Shown: positions 1 through 11,204, numbered from the stretch's first letter. The stretch: DNA of 64,000 nt from Octopus vulgaris (GCA_951406725.2 OX597825.1:15934001-15998000), one strand, 5' to 3'. Made by a program: numbers and translations. Notes: generated from the sequence alone by a model not told the origin.

Positions 1-218
1 TAAAGGAGCTGTTGTGGTAGCAGACCACGAAACACGGTTGTAATTCCTCAGATTTCTGTCAAATGTAAATAATGTGGATAAGGTTTGTTGGAATAAGGTT
101 CTTCAAGGTGTTACCTCAGCATGCTCGCACGCTATCCAGTAACTGAAACAAGATAAGTACATTTTATTTTATAAACGGGAGAAAGAGAACACAATATGCA
201 AAGTATATATATATATAG

Positions 219-773
219 ACGCAGGAGTGGCTGTGTGGTAAGTTACTTGCTTACGAACCACATGGCATCTTGGGCAAGTGTCTTCTGCTATAGCCTCGGG
301 CCGACCAATGCCTTGCAAGTGGATTTGGGAGACGGAAACTGAAAGAAGCCTGTCGTATATATGTATATATATATATATATATACATGTATGTGTGTGTAT
401 ATGTTTGTGTGTGCGTGTTTGTCCCCCCCACCATCGCTTGACAACCGATGCTGGTGTGTTTACGTCCCCGTCACATTAACGGTTCGGCAAAAAATAGACC
501 GATAGAATAAGTACTGGGCTTACAAAGAAGTTCGTCGTATTTTTGTATATATATTTTTGTGTGTCTGTGTTTGTCCCCCAACATCGCTTGACAACCGATG
601 CTGGTGTGTTTACGTCCCCGTCACATTAACGGTTCGGCAAAAAATAGACCGATAGAATAAGTACTGGGCTTACAAAGAATAAGTCCCGGGGTCGATTTGC
701 TCGACTAAAAGGCGGTGTTCCAGCATGGCCGCGGTCAAATGACTGAAACAAGTAAAAGAGTAAAAGAGTAAGA

Positions 774-775
<2 letters not shown>
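219..775 (+). mobile_element. tRNA-derived SINE family 'B' (gcaggagtggctgtgtggtaag...), with internal tandem duplication of its 3' part
   Basis: Same element recurs at ~6358-6790, 18075-18297 (-), 23774-24090 and 30492-31030. Pol III A/B-box-like head and CORE-like ccttgggcaagtgtctt; internal (TA)n/(TG)n. Confidence 0.8.
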
Positions 776-821
<46 letters not shown>

Positions 822-1201
822 ATATTTCTTTTATTGGCCGAGAATAAGACAGAAATTACTCAGACTTGCCTAGAGCTTCGTGTCAAATTAATTTTTTTTC
901 AGACTGACATTAAAAATATTCTGATTTATGTATTTATAAACTTTTATCATGGAAATCGATATCGTACTGAAAAATTGCAATTATTTGCCACGTGTTTATA
1001 ATGTATAAACTTTAAAAACTCAAAAGAGACAATCCGCGCTCTGGTGTGTAGAATGGTGGCATGAAGTATGTACGTGTAATTACGCCTGAATGTCTATCTA
1101 CCTATTTACCTATAAATACGTATGTATATGTATGTATATATATATATATATACATACATACATATATATATACATACATATATATATACATACATATATA
1201 T

Positions 1202-1249
<48 letters not shown>

Positions 1250-1351
1250 TTATACACACGTGAATATACATACATATCTACAAGGGACATGTGTGTGTGC
1301 GTGTTTATGCGAACGTATATGCAATTGTCAATTCACTCATACATACACGTA

Positions 1352-1394
<43 letters not shown>

Positions 1395-1453
1395 GTGTGT
1401 GTGTGTGTACTTAGAGAGTGCTTCCTTCAACGATACATATAAATATATATATG

Positions 1454-1533
<80 letters not shown>

Positions 1534-1543
1534 CCTATTTCAA

Positions 1544-2136
1544 CTAGAGTTTTCCTGCTGGATCTTTTCCTGAGAGTATAGCGATCATGTTGTTGGCAGC
1601 CACCTCTGACATGGCATTACGAGCTTCCCAGGTGCTACTTGCTATGTGCGGCGTGATGATTAAGTTCTTGGTGCTGTGGAGTGGGTGATCCGACGGAAGC
1701 GGATCCGGCTCCGTAACGTCAAGAGCAGCACACTTGATCACGTCGTCGTTGAGTGCCTTACTCAAGTCGTCTTGGTTGACGACGCCACCTCGACCCACGT
1801 TGATCAGACATGCCGTCCGCTTCATCTTGGCGAAGGCTGCCTTATTAAACATGTCTTTCGTTTCGTTGGTCAGGTTGCACGAAATGCAGATCACGTCGCA
1901 GTCGGCCAACAATTTATCGAACGTTACAAACTCCGCGTTGACATCTTTGTCGTAAGAGCAGCGTCTCACATCAAAGTATAATAGCTTGCTGATCTTGAAC
2001 GCGTTTACTCGTTCGGCGATGCCGAAACCAATTCGGCCCAGTCCAACAATACCAATCGTTTTACCAATCAGTTCGAATCCCAGGAGCCACATCGGTTTCC
2101 ACGGTCCCCATTCCTTCTTCTTCACGGCTTCGTAAC
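1544..2136 (-). CDS. GRHPR: GRHPR-like D-2-hydroxyacid dehydrogenase, terminal coding exon 3 (NAD(P)-binding domain and C-terminus)
   Basis: Translation has WKPMWL, Rossmann [34 protein letters not shown] and TPHIASS, all aligning with GRHPR. Acceptor ttgcag|GT TAC at 2137/2136 (phase 1); TAG stop at 1544-1546. Confidence 0.95.
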
Positions 2137-2172
2137 CTGCAAGTATAGCAACAATAACATAGAAATAATACT

Positions 2173-2630
2173 GGATCTTTTCGGTTTGAACGGCAGTTTT
2201 TTAAAATAATTTTCACGTAACTAAACATTTTAAAACTTCGTATACTGGTAGAACGTGTTTATAAAACATCTTTTTCTCTTGGCTTTATTGAGAAAATTCT
2301 ATAGTTTGTAAGATATTTGTTGTTTTTTCTTAAATTTCTGCAATTTCAACCAATCAATGACCGTCTATTGGGGTAAAAAACATTCTGTGCCGTATGAATA
2401 TGTCCCTCATTTAAGAAACAGATTGGGCTTATTTACATTTCTGAAGAAAAAAAAAGATACCCTTCCCTCATCCCTAACCATAACCATAACCCTAACTAAC
2501 CCTAACTCTAACCCTAACCCTAACCCTAAAATAGATTGAAATGCAATTGATCGATACTAGGGTCATAATTATGGGTGACAATTTCGTATGACACCGCTAG
2601 AAAAAAACTGCCGTTCAAACTGAAAAATCC
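2173..2630. mobile_element. Non-autonomous TIR element (MITE) carrying internal (CCCTAA)n-like repeats
   Basis: TIR ggatcttttcggtttgaacggcagtttt ... aaaactgccgttcaaac(t/c)gaaaa(g)atcc. Other copies at 10097-10519, 37462-38367 and a partial one at ~59318-59512. Confidence 0.85.
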
Positions 2631-3499
2631 GAAGATATCGTATTTGAATGGCATCAAAGACATACTTTTTGTAAAACAAAAACATTGCTTCGAAACAATT
2701 ACCCCATGAACTAATAAGAAGACTACAGAAGCCGGTCGAAAAAGTCAGCTTCTATATATGGCTGAAGCGGGAAGACCAAAAATGGCTTGAAAGTCATAAC
2801 ATGCCGGCGGGAAAATAACATCACTAGGTGAGACAAGCTGACACTGAATCAGCTTCGCTGACTGACAGGTGACAAGAGAATGCGCGGGCTAAGACTACGC
2901 GCCTTCACTAGTCGGTTAAGGTGAGACAGTGTCACGTGACAACTTGCTGGGGCTACCTGCTGGAGCCTAGCAGCAGGCATTTAAAGGGAAAAATTTGACA
3001 AGTCAGTCAGTCGCCCGCTGACACTCGTTGATGCTACATTGAAGAGGCCAGGGAACACAAGAAAGAAGACATGCACCCAACACCAGAGCTGAAGACACCT
3101 CCGAAATGGGGGGCCCCGCCACGTCAAAACGGTAGAGGAGTAGGGGTCGAAACTGGACGTGGTTCCTCCTGATGATGTCTTGAGCTAAACTGGATCATAT
3201 AAAGGAGCTGTTGTGGTAGCAGACCACGAAACACGGTTGTAATTCCTCCATATGTGAAAGCGCGGGGCCTTATGGTTAGGGTATTGCACTCACGATTACC
3301 AAACCTTGAGTTCGATTCTTGGGCCGGGTGACGTGTTCTGTTCTTGAGCAAAACACTTCATCTCACGTCGCTCTACTGCTGTGTGTGGTTACTGGCATGT
3401 CAAACAATAGATCCAACGGTTTCCTCTGCGTGTTGCAATAGTCGACTCAAAGAGGTTGCGGTAGGATTTGCACACCGACTTTGTAAAATCATCACCAGC

Positions 3500-3548
3500 A
3501 GCCACTACCCAAACACTACTACTACTACTACTACTACTACCAACCACC

Positions 3549-3604
<56 letters not shown>

Positions 3605-3614
3605 CAATACCACC

Positions 3615-3667
<53 letters not shown>

Positions 3668-3776
3668 CATCACCACCACTACTACTACCACCACCACCAC
3701 CACCACCACTACTACTACTACTACCACCACCACTACCACCACTACTACTACTACTATTACTACTACTACCACCACC

Positions 3777-3811
<35 letters not shown>

Positions 3812-3836
3812 CAATACCACCACCACCACCACCACC

Positions 3837-3882
<46 letters not shown>

Positions 3883-4007
3883 TTACCAATACCACCACCA
3901 CCACCATCACAACCACTACTACTACTACTACCAATACCACCACCACTACCACCACTACTACTACTACTATTACTACTACTATTACCAATACCACCACCAC
4001 CACCACC

Positions 4008-4047
<40 letters not shown>

Positions 4048-4202
4048 TTACCAATACCACCCCACCACCACCATCACAACCACTACTACTACTACTACTA
4101 CTATTACTACTACTACTACTACTACTACTAATATTACTACTACTACTACTACTACTACTACCAATACCACTACCACCACCACCACCACCACTACTACTAC
4201 TA
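3500..4202. repeat. (TAC/CAC)n trinucleotide microsatellite
   Basis: Directly visible; source of the poly-T/H/Y/V ORFs. Confidence 0.95.
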
Positions 4203-4204
4203 TG

Positions 4205-4327
4205 TACAAAACCAAATATATGGCACCCTAGGCATAACGCCTGCATGAACTTCCAACTTGTCGCTTGAGGTCTCTGGGTGAGACTTGGAGCCAACTTGTA
4301 CAAATGCAAAGCGAAAGTCAAACATAA

Positions 4328-4395
<68 letters not shown>
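4205..4395 (+). mobile_element. Retroelement 3' end with (AAT)n tail
   Basis: The segment atatggcac..aggcataac...gtcaaacata(aat)n recurs at ~47505-47683. Confidence 0.6.
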
Positions 4396-4397
<2 letters not shown>

Positions 4398-4951
4398 GCC
4401 CTGATGCAGTACTAGGCAGTGGCTCTCATGGCTTCTGGTCTTAACTGATTGGAAGTGTTATCATGTACATTGTTTTGTCTTGGTATAAAAGATGGGCTAC
4501 AGCAAATATTCTGCTCAATACCACAGATTTGCTTGTCAGCTGTTTGACCTTAACCAGTTGAGCATGTCCCTTAGAGGCTGACGATATGTGCATCTCTGAT
4601 CACGAGCAGAAGTAGTGGAGGAGCATCATAGCCATGTGTTGAGAGGGATTGTTTGGGGTTTGAATAATTCACCTCTGGAAACATGGGTGTTTCATTCAAC
4701 GTCCTTAAACAACCCTTATTCAGGGACCTTTTGAGCGGGATGGGTTACTCGATCTGAAGAAAATTCTAACTGGGCTCCACCTGCAAGGTCACGTGCTGTT
4801 TACCTTGATATGAGATCACCATGTCGCGCACATATGGTTGTGATGCATGTGCCTGGTGTACCCTTATCAGACGGGTAGTCATGATGGGTATACTGGGCTT
4901 CGTATATTTTACCCCAGTGTCACTTTGATGGCATGCTCTGCTCGCTCACTC

Positions 4952-5013
<62 letters not shown>

Positions 5014-5027
5014 TATATCGAAATTAC

Positions 5028-5198
5028 CTTCAATCAGCCGTCTGGCCATAATTAAGATCAGCCCCAGAGCGAACTCTGAGACACAATCACTGGAAACTGT
5101 GCTGCAGTTCGCAGCAACGATGTTGCGCTTTTTGATTTCTTCCAAATTGAGATGTTCATAGCCGACTGACATGGTACACACGGCTTTCAGTTGCGATC
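5028..5198 (-). CDS. GRHPR: GRHPR-like exon 2 (171 nt, phase 1-1)
   Basis: (G)SQLKAVCTMSVGYEHLNLEEIKKRNIVAANCSTVSSDCVSEFALGLILIMARRLIE(G) matches GRHPR LKVISTMSVG.DHL..EIKKR. Polypyrimidine tract with tgtacag acceptor; GAAG|gtaatt donor; joins exon 3 in frame. Confidence 0.93.
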
Positions 5199-5274
5199 CT
5201 GTACAAAAAAAAGAAGAAAAAGAAATGACATCAGAAAAGATAAAAATTATAAAAATCAATTAATGTGTGTGTGT

Positions 5275-5660
5275 GGAAGCACTCCGTCGGTTACGACGAC
5301 GAGGGTTCCGGTTGATCCGAATCAACGGAACAGCCTGCTCGTGAAATTAACGTGTAAGTGGCTGAGCACTCCACAGACACGTGTAACCCTTAACGTAGTT
5401 CTCGGGGATATTCAGCGTGACACAGAGAGCGACAAGGCCGGCCCTTTGAAGTACAGGTACAACAGAAACTGGAAGTAAGAGTGAGAGAAAGTGGTGGTGA
5501 AAGAGTACAGCAGGGATCACCACCATCCCCTGCCGGAGCCTCGTGGAGCTTTTAGGTGTTTTCGCTCAATAAACACTCGCAACGCCCGGTCTGGGAATCG
5601 AAACCGCGATCCTATGACCGCGAATCCGCTGCCCTAACCACTGGGCCATTGCGCCTCCGT
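5275..5660 (-). mobile_element. tRNA-derived SINE family 'A' (gtggaggcgcaatggcccagtggttaggg...)
   Basis: tRNA-like head (A box TGGCCCAGTGG, B box GGTTTCGATTCC). Homologous copies at 8949-9338, 11349-11517, 12079-12340, 19640-19935, 20232-20552, 25568-25891 and 26074-27010. Confidence 0.85.
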
Positions 5661-5940
5661 GTGTGTGTATTTGTGTGCATAAGGCATGACTGTGTAGCCA
5701 AGAAGCTGGTCTTGCAACTGCGTTGTTTCGAGTTCAACTATAGCCTCGGCCTCGGCAATGTCTTGTGAGTGAAGGTGACATATGTGGAGGAACAACCGAA
5801 TCTTAGTCAGTCAGTTGATGGGCTCCACTACCTCAAATGTTCTTAAAATTTAAATCCACATCTTTGTCTATATATCTACCTTCTCTATAATGTTGTAACT
5901 TGATATGAAAATTTTTGTATTAATGGAAAACCTCTATAAC

Positions 5941-6024
5941 TGGCTGATGAGTGCTCAGCATTTTAAAACTGTTGTAATACTTACAACATTTAATAAAATG
6001 ATGTAGTATGAAACGATCGTACCA
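5941..6024 (+). ncRNA. Type I hammerhead ribozyme motif (Penelope/retrozyme-like)
   Basis: tgg-CTGATGA-gtgct...agtat-GAAAC-gatc-GTA-cca: complete core, 3-bp stem I, extended stem II with inner hairpin tgttgtaa/ttacaaca, palindromic stem III loop GATC. Confidence 0.7.
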
Positions 6025-6522
6025 AATTACTAGAGTCATTCTTGTTGCTTATTTTGATTATATATATATGTGTGTGTGTGTGTGTACTTGTGTGCGTGTG
6101 TGTGTGAATGTGCGTTTTTGTCTTTGTCTTTGTGTCTCCAACACCGGTTGACAACCGGTGTTGGTTTTTTTACGTTTTGTACGTTTTACGTTTCCTTAAG
6201 CTATAGAATAATACGAGACTTTTTTTTTTTAAGAAAAAAAAAGGGGGTCGATTTGTGGTGATTGAAACCCTTCAGAGTTGTTGTTCCATCATATACACAG
6301 TCTATTGACCGAAAGTTCTAAAAGAGAAAAAAACCTAAAAGATAAAAGAACAAAAAAGGCGCAGGAGTGGCTGTGTGGTAGGTAGCTTGTTTACGAACCA
6401 CATGGTTCCGGGTTCAGTCCCACTGCGTGGCATCTTGGGCAAGTGTCTTCTGCTATAGCCTCGGGCCGACCAATGCCTTGTGAGTGGATTTGGTAGACGG
6501 AAACTGAAAGAAGCCCGTCGTA

Positions 6523-6582
<60 letters not shown>

Positions 6583-7762
6583 TGTGTGTGTCTGTGTTTG
6601 TCCCCCTAGCATTGCTTGACAACCGATGCTGGTGTGTTTATGTCCCCGTCACTTAGCGGTTCGGCAAAAGAGACCGATAGAATAAGTACTGGGCTTACAA
6701 AAGAATAAGTCCCGGGGGTCGAGTTGCTCGATTAAAGGCGGTGCTGCTCCAGCATGGCCGCAGTCAAATGACTGAAACAAGTTAATAGAGTAAAAAAATA
6801 AAAACTGTGACACAAAACAGAAATTTTTGGTGAACTCAATTTAATATTATTGCATTCCCGCGTTAGGAAAATATATTGTCAGTTTAATCAGATTTGCAGA
6901 AAAAGTGCAACATAATATAAACAACAACAAAACAACAAACAACGCAGATCTTGAGAATCTAATAATTACTCTTTGAGACACAAGAGATCTTTGTTGAACG
7001 AAACATCAAATGTGCGATTTTGGTTTGAGAGTAGATTGCCAGCGGCCTCTTCTAAAGAACTGTTCAACCTATTGACCTGAATGCAGAGAGAGAGAGAGAG
7101 TAATAAGTATGTAATATTATATTGCTGCCTTCACCAAAGAGTTTGGTAACGCTAATTCACTTGTAAAACATATAGACTGTCAATAAATAATTCCAATTAC
7201 CATTTGTTATTATTTTCTTTTAATACAAAAAAAAAAGAGAGAAAAAGATAATTCGGTTTTTTTTTTTTTGAAGATTTTTAAAAAACAAAATAAAATTCCG
7301 ACATTTTTTGATCATTTAAAAATTTTCGGCCAGGGTGACATGTTCAAACATTAATTAATGTACCACAGAAATTAATCAAAAGCCAGCTAATAATATAAAC
7401 AGAGTAAAAAAAAGAACAAAAGATGTTCCATTGAATGAAATTAATGCTATTTGGTTTCTGCCTTTTAAATTGGTATTTGATGAAATGACTACAAAGAGAT
7501 ATAAGGTGTGTGTTTGTGTGTATATAAATATAAATTTTTTTCGTAATGAGATAAAAAACCAAGGGTGTGTAGATTTTAGAACATTTATATATAGGTCTTA
7601 CAGCTGTTTTCAGGATATTTTATATATCCCTTCATCGGAGACGATGTGAGAGGATGGTTAAGAGATAGTTAATTTAGATAAGATATAAAATAGAGAGTGA
7701 GGTGGAGGAAAGAAAAGAAAATAGATGTGATATATGTAGGGATATTGTATTTGTAGATATTG

Positions 7763-7819
<57 letters not shown>

Positions 7820-7868
7820 TTAGAGACAAAACCACTATTTTGTAAATCAAACAAGGAAAGACTTAATC

Positions 7869-7968
7869 NNNNNNNNNNNNNNNNNNNNNNNNNNNNNNNN
7901 NNNNNNNNNNNNNNNNNNNNNNNNNNNNNNNNNNNNNNNNNNNNNNNNNNNNNNNNNNNNNNNNNNNN
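7869..7968. other. Assembly gap (100 N) flanked by an identical 37-bp sequence
   Basis: ccactattttgtaaatcaaacaaggaaagacttaatc at both 7832-7868 and 7969-8005. Confidence 0.95.
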
Positions 7969-8132
7969 CCACTATTTTGTAAATCAAACAAGGAAAGACT
8001 TAATCAATACATCAAAAAATTTTAATATAAAGTAAATAAATCGCCACTGGAAAAATCAGATTTAGGATTGAATCCAATTTTATAGTAAAATATTATATTT
8101 CCCTGTAAATTTGGATTTATTCCCTAATATTT

Positions 8133-8170
<38 letters not shown>

Positions 8171-8648
8171 TTACATAAAGTATGTGTGTGTAATATTCTG
8201 AACTAATGACTATATGTCAGTTAGTATACTGGTGTGTTGAGTAAAGCACTGGCACAGGTTTGGGCTACCTGGTGTTATCCTGGTACTTAATTTATCGATC
8301 CTGAAAGGATGAAAGGCAAAGTCGACCTCGGCGGAATTTGAACTCACAACGTAACGGCAGACGAAATACCGCTAAGCATTGCGCCCGGCGTGCTAACGTT
8401 TCTGCCAGCTCGCCGCCTTGCACCTCAGTATATAACTGTATCGTCTCCGGGCAGGGGATGAAATGCAAATTTTACTTTTGTAAGAAAACAGGAACAGTCC
8501 ATATGACTAGCTTCCATGCAATTTCCTTTGACTAAACTTCATTGAAAACGGGTTCATTTGAACAGAGGCTATGACAGAAGAAGACACTTTTCCAAGAGGC
8601 CACACAATCAGATCGAACATATATATATATATATATATATATACGTGT

Positions 8649-8722
<74 letters not shown>

Positions 8723-8948
8723 AAGAATTGGAATTCCGGGTCACTTCGAAAATTTCAGCAAAATTTCATTAAAACAGGGTGTTGTGAGAGAACCAAAAAT
8801 CGACAAGGTGTGGAGAAAGCACCAAAACGGTAGTCCTGCCATTTATGGATCATTACGGCTGGAATACGATTTGATCAGGGGGCGTTTTCTCGTTCAAAGT
8901 TGACTTGGAGATTATTAACAAAGATATCAAAATATTAGTCCAAGAAAA

Positions 8949-9338
8949 GTGGAAGCGCATGGCCCAGTGGTTAGGGCAGCGGACTCGCGGTCATAGGATC
9001 GCGGTTTCGATTCCCAGACCGGGCGATGTGAGTGTTTATTGAGCGAAAACACCTAAAAGCTCCACGAGGCTCCGGCAGGGGATGGTGGTGATCCCTGCTG
9101 TACTCTTTCACCACAACTTTCTCTCTACTCTTACTTCCTGTTTCTGTTGTGCCTGTATTTCAAGGGGCCGGCCTTGTCACTCCCTGTGTCACGCTGAATA
9201 TCCCCGAGAACTACGTTAAGGGTACACGTGTCTGTGGAGTGCTCAGCCACTTACACGTTAATTTCACGAGCAGGCTGTTCCGTTGATTCGGATCAACCGG
9301 AACCCTCGTCGTCGTAACCGACGGAGTGCTTCCAGTCC
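8949..9338 (+). mobile_element. Full-length SINE family A with 12-bp TSD
   Basis: TSD agtccaagaaaa at 8937-8948 and 9339-9350; absent from the paralogous position in duplicate unit B. Confidence 0.9.
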
Positions 9339-9381
9339 AGTCCAAGAAAACAATTTTTATGGACATTAGAAACCGTTTTAC

Positions 9382-9577
9382 CAGCAGCCTCTATCACAGC
9401 TTTATCAATTCTGTCTGTGAGCATACAATATAAGCTGTCATATTTTTTCTTCATATTCTTAACAAGTTCATGATGTGGGATAGCTTTGTCGGAGTTCCAA
9501 AAATCCGCTTCATATCCTTTATCTCGTATTAGTTTCATCCCAGGCTCGGGTACTTTTCGTGTCGCAAAGATCTTCAT
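9382..9577 (-). CDS. GRHPR: GRHPR-like first coding exon, variant A (196 nt)
   Basis: ATG at 9577; MKIFATRKVPEPG...WNSDKAIP...LYCMLTDRIDKAVIEAA(G); donor GCTG|gtaaaa in phase 1. With exons 2-3 it gives 319 aa. Confidence 0.9.
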
Positions 9578-9757
9578 ATTGGACTTTCGAACAGTTTAGA
9601 AATACAAGCGAAACCCTGTCCCCATATATTTTGAATTCGAAAAGTCATAGCGTCGTAAGGTTATCGACCGCTATTTCCAGCAAACATCGGTGCATTGTGC
9701 CACTATTTCCTGTATGTATATGTGTGTGAGACAGATAGAGAGAGAGAGAAAGAGAGA

Positions 9758-9826
<69 letters not shown>

Positions 9827-10096
9827 AGAGAGAGCGAGAGAAAGAGAAAGAATTGTAATTCCGAGTCACTTTGAAAATTTCGGCAAAATTTCATTAAAAC
9901 AGGGTCTTGTGAGGAACCAAAGTCGGGAAGGTGTGGAGAAAGTTCCAAAACGGTAGTCCTGCCATTTATGGATCATTACGGCTGGAATACGTTCTGATCA
10001 GGAGGCGTTTACTCTTTCAAAGATGACTTGGAGATTATTAACAAAGATATTAAAATATTAGACTAAAAAAATTGTTTAATGGCCATAATAAACTAT

Positions 10097-10519
10097 GGAT
10101 CTTTTCGGTTTGAACAGCAGTTTTTCTAGCAGTGTCATATGAAATTGTCACCCATAATTATGACCCTAGTATCGATCTATTGCATTCCAATCTGTTTTAG
10201 GGTTAGGGTTAGGGGTGAGGGGAAGGGTATCTTTTTTTCTTCACAAATGTAAATAAACCCAATCTGTTTCTTAAACGCGGGACATATTCATACGGCACAG
10301 AATGTTTTTTTTTACCTCAATAGACGTCAGTGATTGGTTGAAATTGCAGAAATTGAAGAAGAAAAACAACAACAAATATCTTACAAACTATAGAATTTTC
10401 TCAATAAAGCCAAGAGAAAAAGATGTTTTATAAACACAATCTACCAGTATACGAAGTTTAAAAGTGTTTAGTTACATGGAAATTATTTAAAAAAACTGCC
10501 GTTCAAACCGAAAAGACCC
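10097..10519. mobile_element. TIR MITE (same family as 2173-2630, opposite orientation)
   Basis: TIRs ggatcttttcggtttgaac / gttcaaaccgaaaagaccc; internal tagggttagggttaggg. Confidence 0.85.
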
Positions 10520-10552
10520 AAATTTTTTAATGGACATAATAAACTATTTTAC

Positions 10553-10748
10553 CTGCAGCATCTAGCACGGCTTTATCAATATTATCTGTAAGCATACAAT
10601 ATAAGCCGTCATATTTTTTCTTCATATTCTTAACAAGTTCATTATGTGGGATAGCTTCGTCGGAGTCCCAAAAATCTAGTTGGTATCCTTTATCACGCAT
10701 CAGTTTTACTCCAGGCTCGGGTATTTTTCGTGTCACGTAGATCTTCAT
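10553..10748 (-). CDS. GRHPR: GRHPR-like first coding exon, variant B (196 nt)
   Basis: ATG at 10748; MKIYVTRKIPEPG...WDSDEAIP...GLYCMLTDNIDKAVLDAA(G); donor GCAG|gtaaaa in phase 1. 51/65 aa identical to variant A; no indels or stops. Confidence 0.9.
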
Positions 10749-11064
10749 ATTGAATTTTTGAACAGTTTAGCAATAAAAACGAAACCCTTCTCCAAATATT
10801 TTGAATTCGAGAAGTGAGAATTTTTCTTTCTTTCACGATGTCAAACGCTGCGTTTGCCAAAACGCTTTTTCTTCTTTTTTTTTAACGGAAAGCGATAGAT
10901 TTATGAAATCTGGTTGTCTTATTTTCGAATTTGTTTTGGAAGAATGAATTTTTTATTAACCACAATGGACAAGACGTAGAGGGGTCAGTACAAAGGAAGA
11001 ATGTCGATAAGAAATCATGCGTTGCAACTAATCTTATGAAAACGTATACTTATAAAAGAGTATT

Positions 11065-11204
11065 GGACGAAAGTAAAGAATACGTACACCAGGTGTTTAG
11101 GGTTAGGGTCAGGGCTTAGGGTTAGTGTTAGGGTTAGGATTAAGGTTAGGGTTAGGGTTTTGTTACGCCGAAAACGGGTGGTGTACATATTCTTTACCTC
11201 CGCC
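11065..11204. mobile_element. Short TIR element with interstitial (TTAGGG)n-like array
   Basis: gtaaagaatacgtacacc ... ggtgtacatattctttac inverted ends around degenerate TTAGGG repeats. A related copy at ~62625-62925 is interrupted by a SINE. Confidence 0.6.

Larger units (their letters stand above)
8650..10816. repeat. Tandem segmental duplication carrying exons 1A and 1B
   Basis: Unit = (GA)n + ~230 bp intron (gaattg..cacttcgaaaatttc..cggtagtcctgccatttatggatcattacggctggaatacg..aatattag) + exon 1 + ~68 bp upstream. Copies at ~8650-9645 and ~9735-10816. Confidence 0.9.

Noticed and set aside
1676-1981. Plus-strand ORFs overlapping exon 3
   Set aside because: Antisense shadows of the real coding exon.
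3085-3248. CTGAAGA/CTGATGA...GAAAC hammerhead candidates; the last 49 bp also match window positions 1-49
   Set aside because: Stems I and III cannot be paired convincingly; the match to 1-49 is best explained as two copies of a dispersed repeat end.
3344-4321. Long poly-His/Tyr/Thr/Val ORFs
   Set aside because: Translations of a TAC/CAC microsatellite inside GRHPR intron 2.
8949-9025. tRNA-like cloverleaf sequences
   Set aside because: They are heads of multi-copy SINEs with body, tail and TSD, not tRNA genes.
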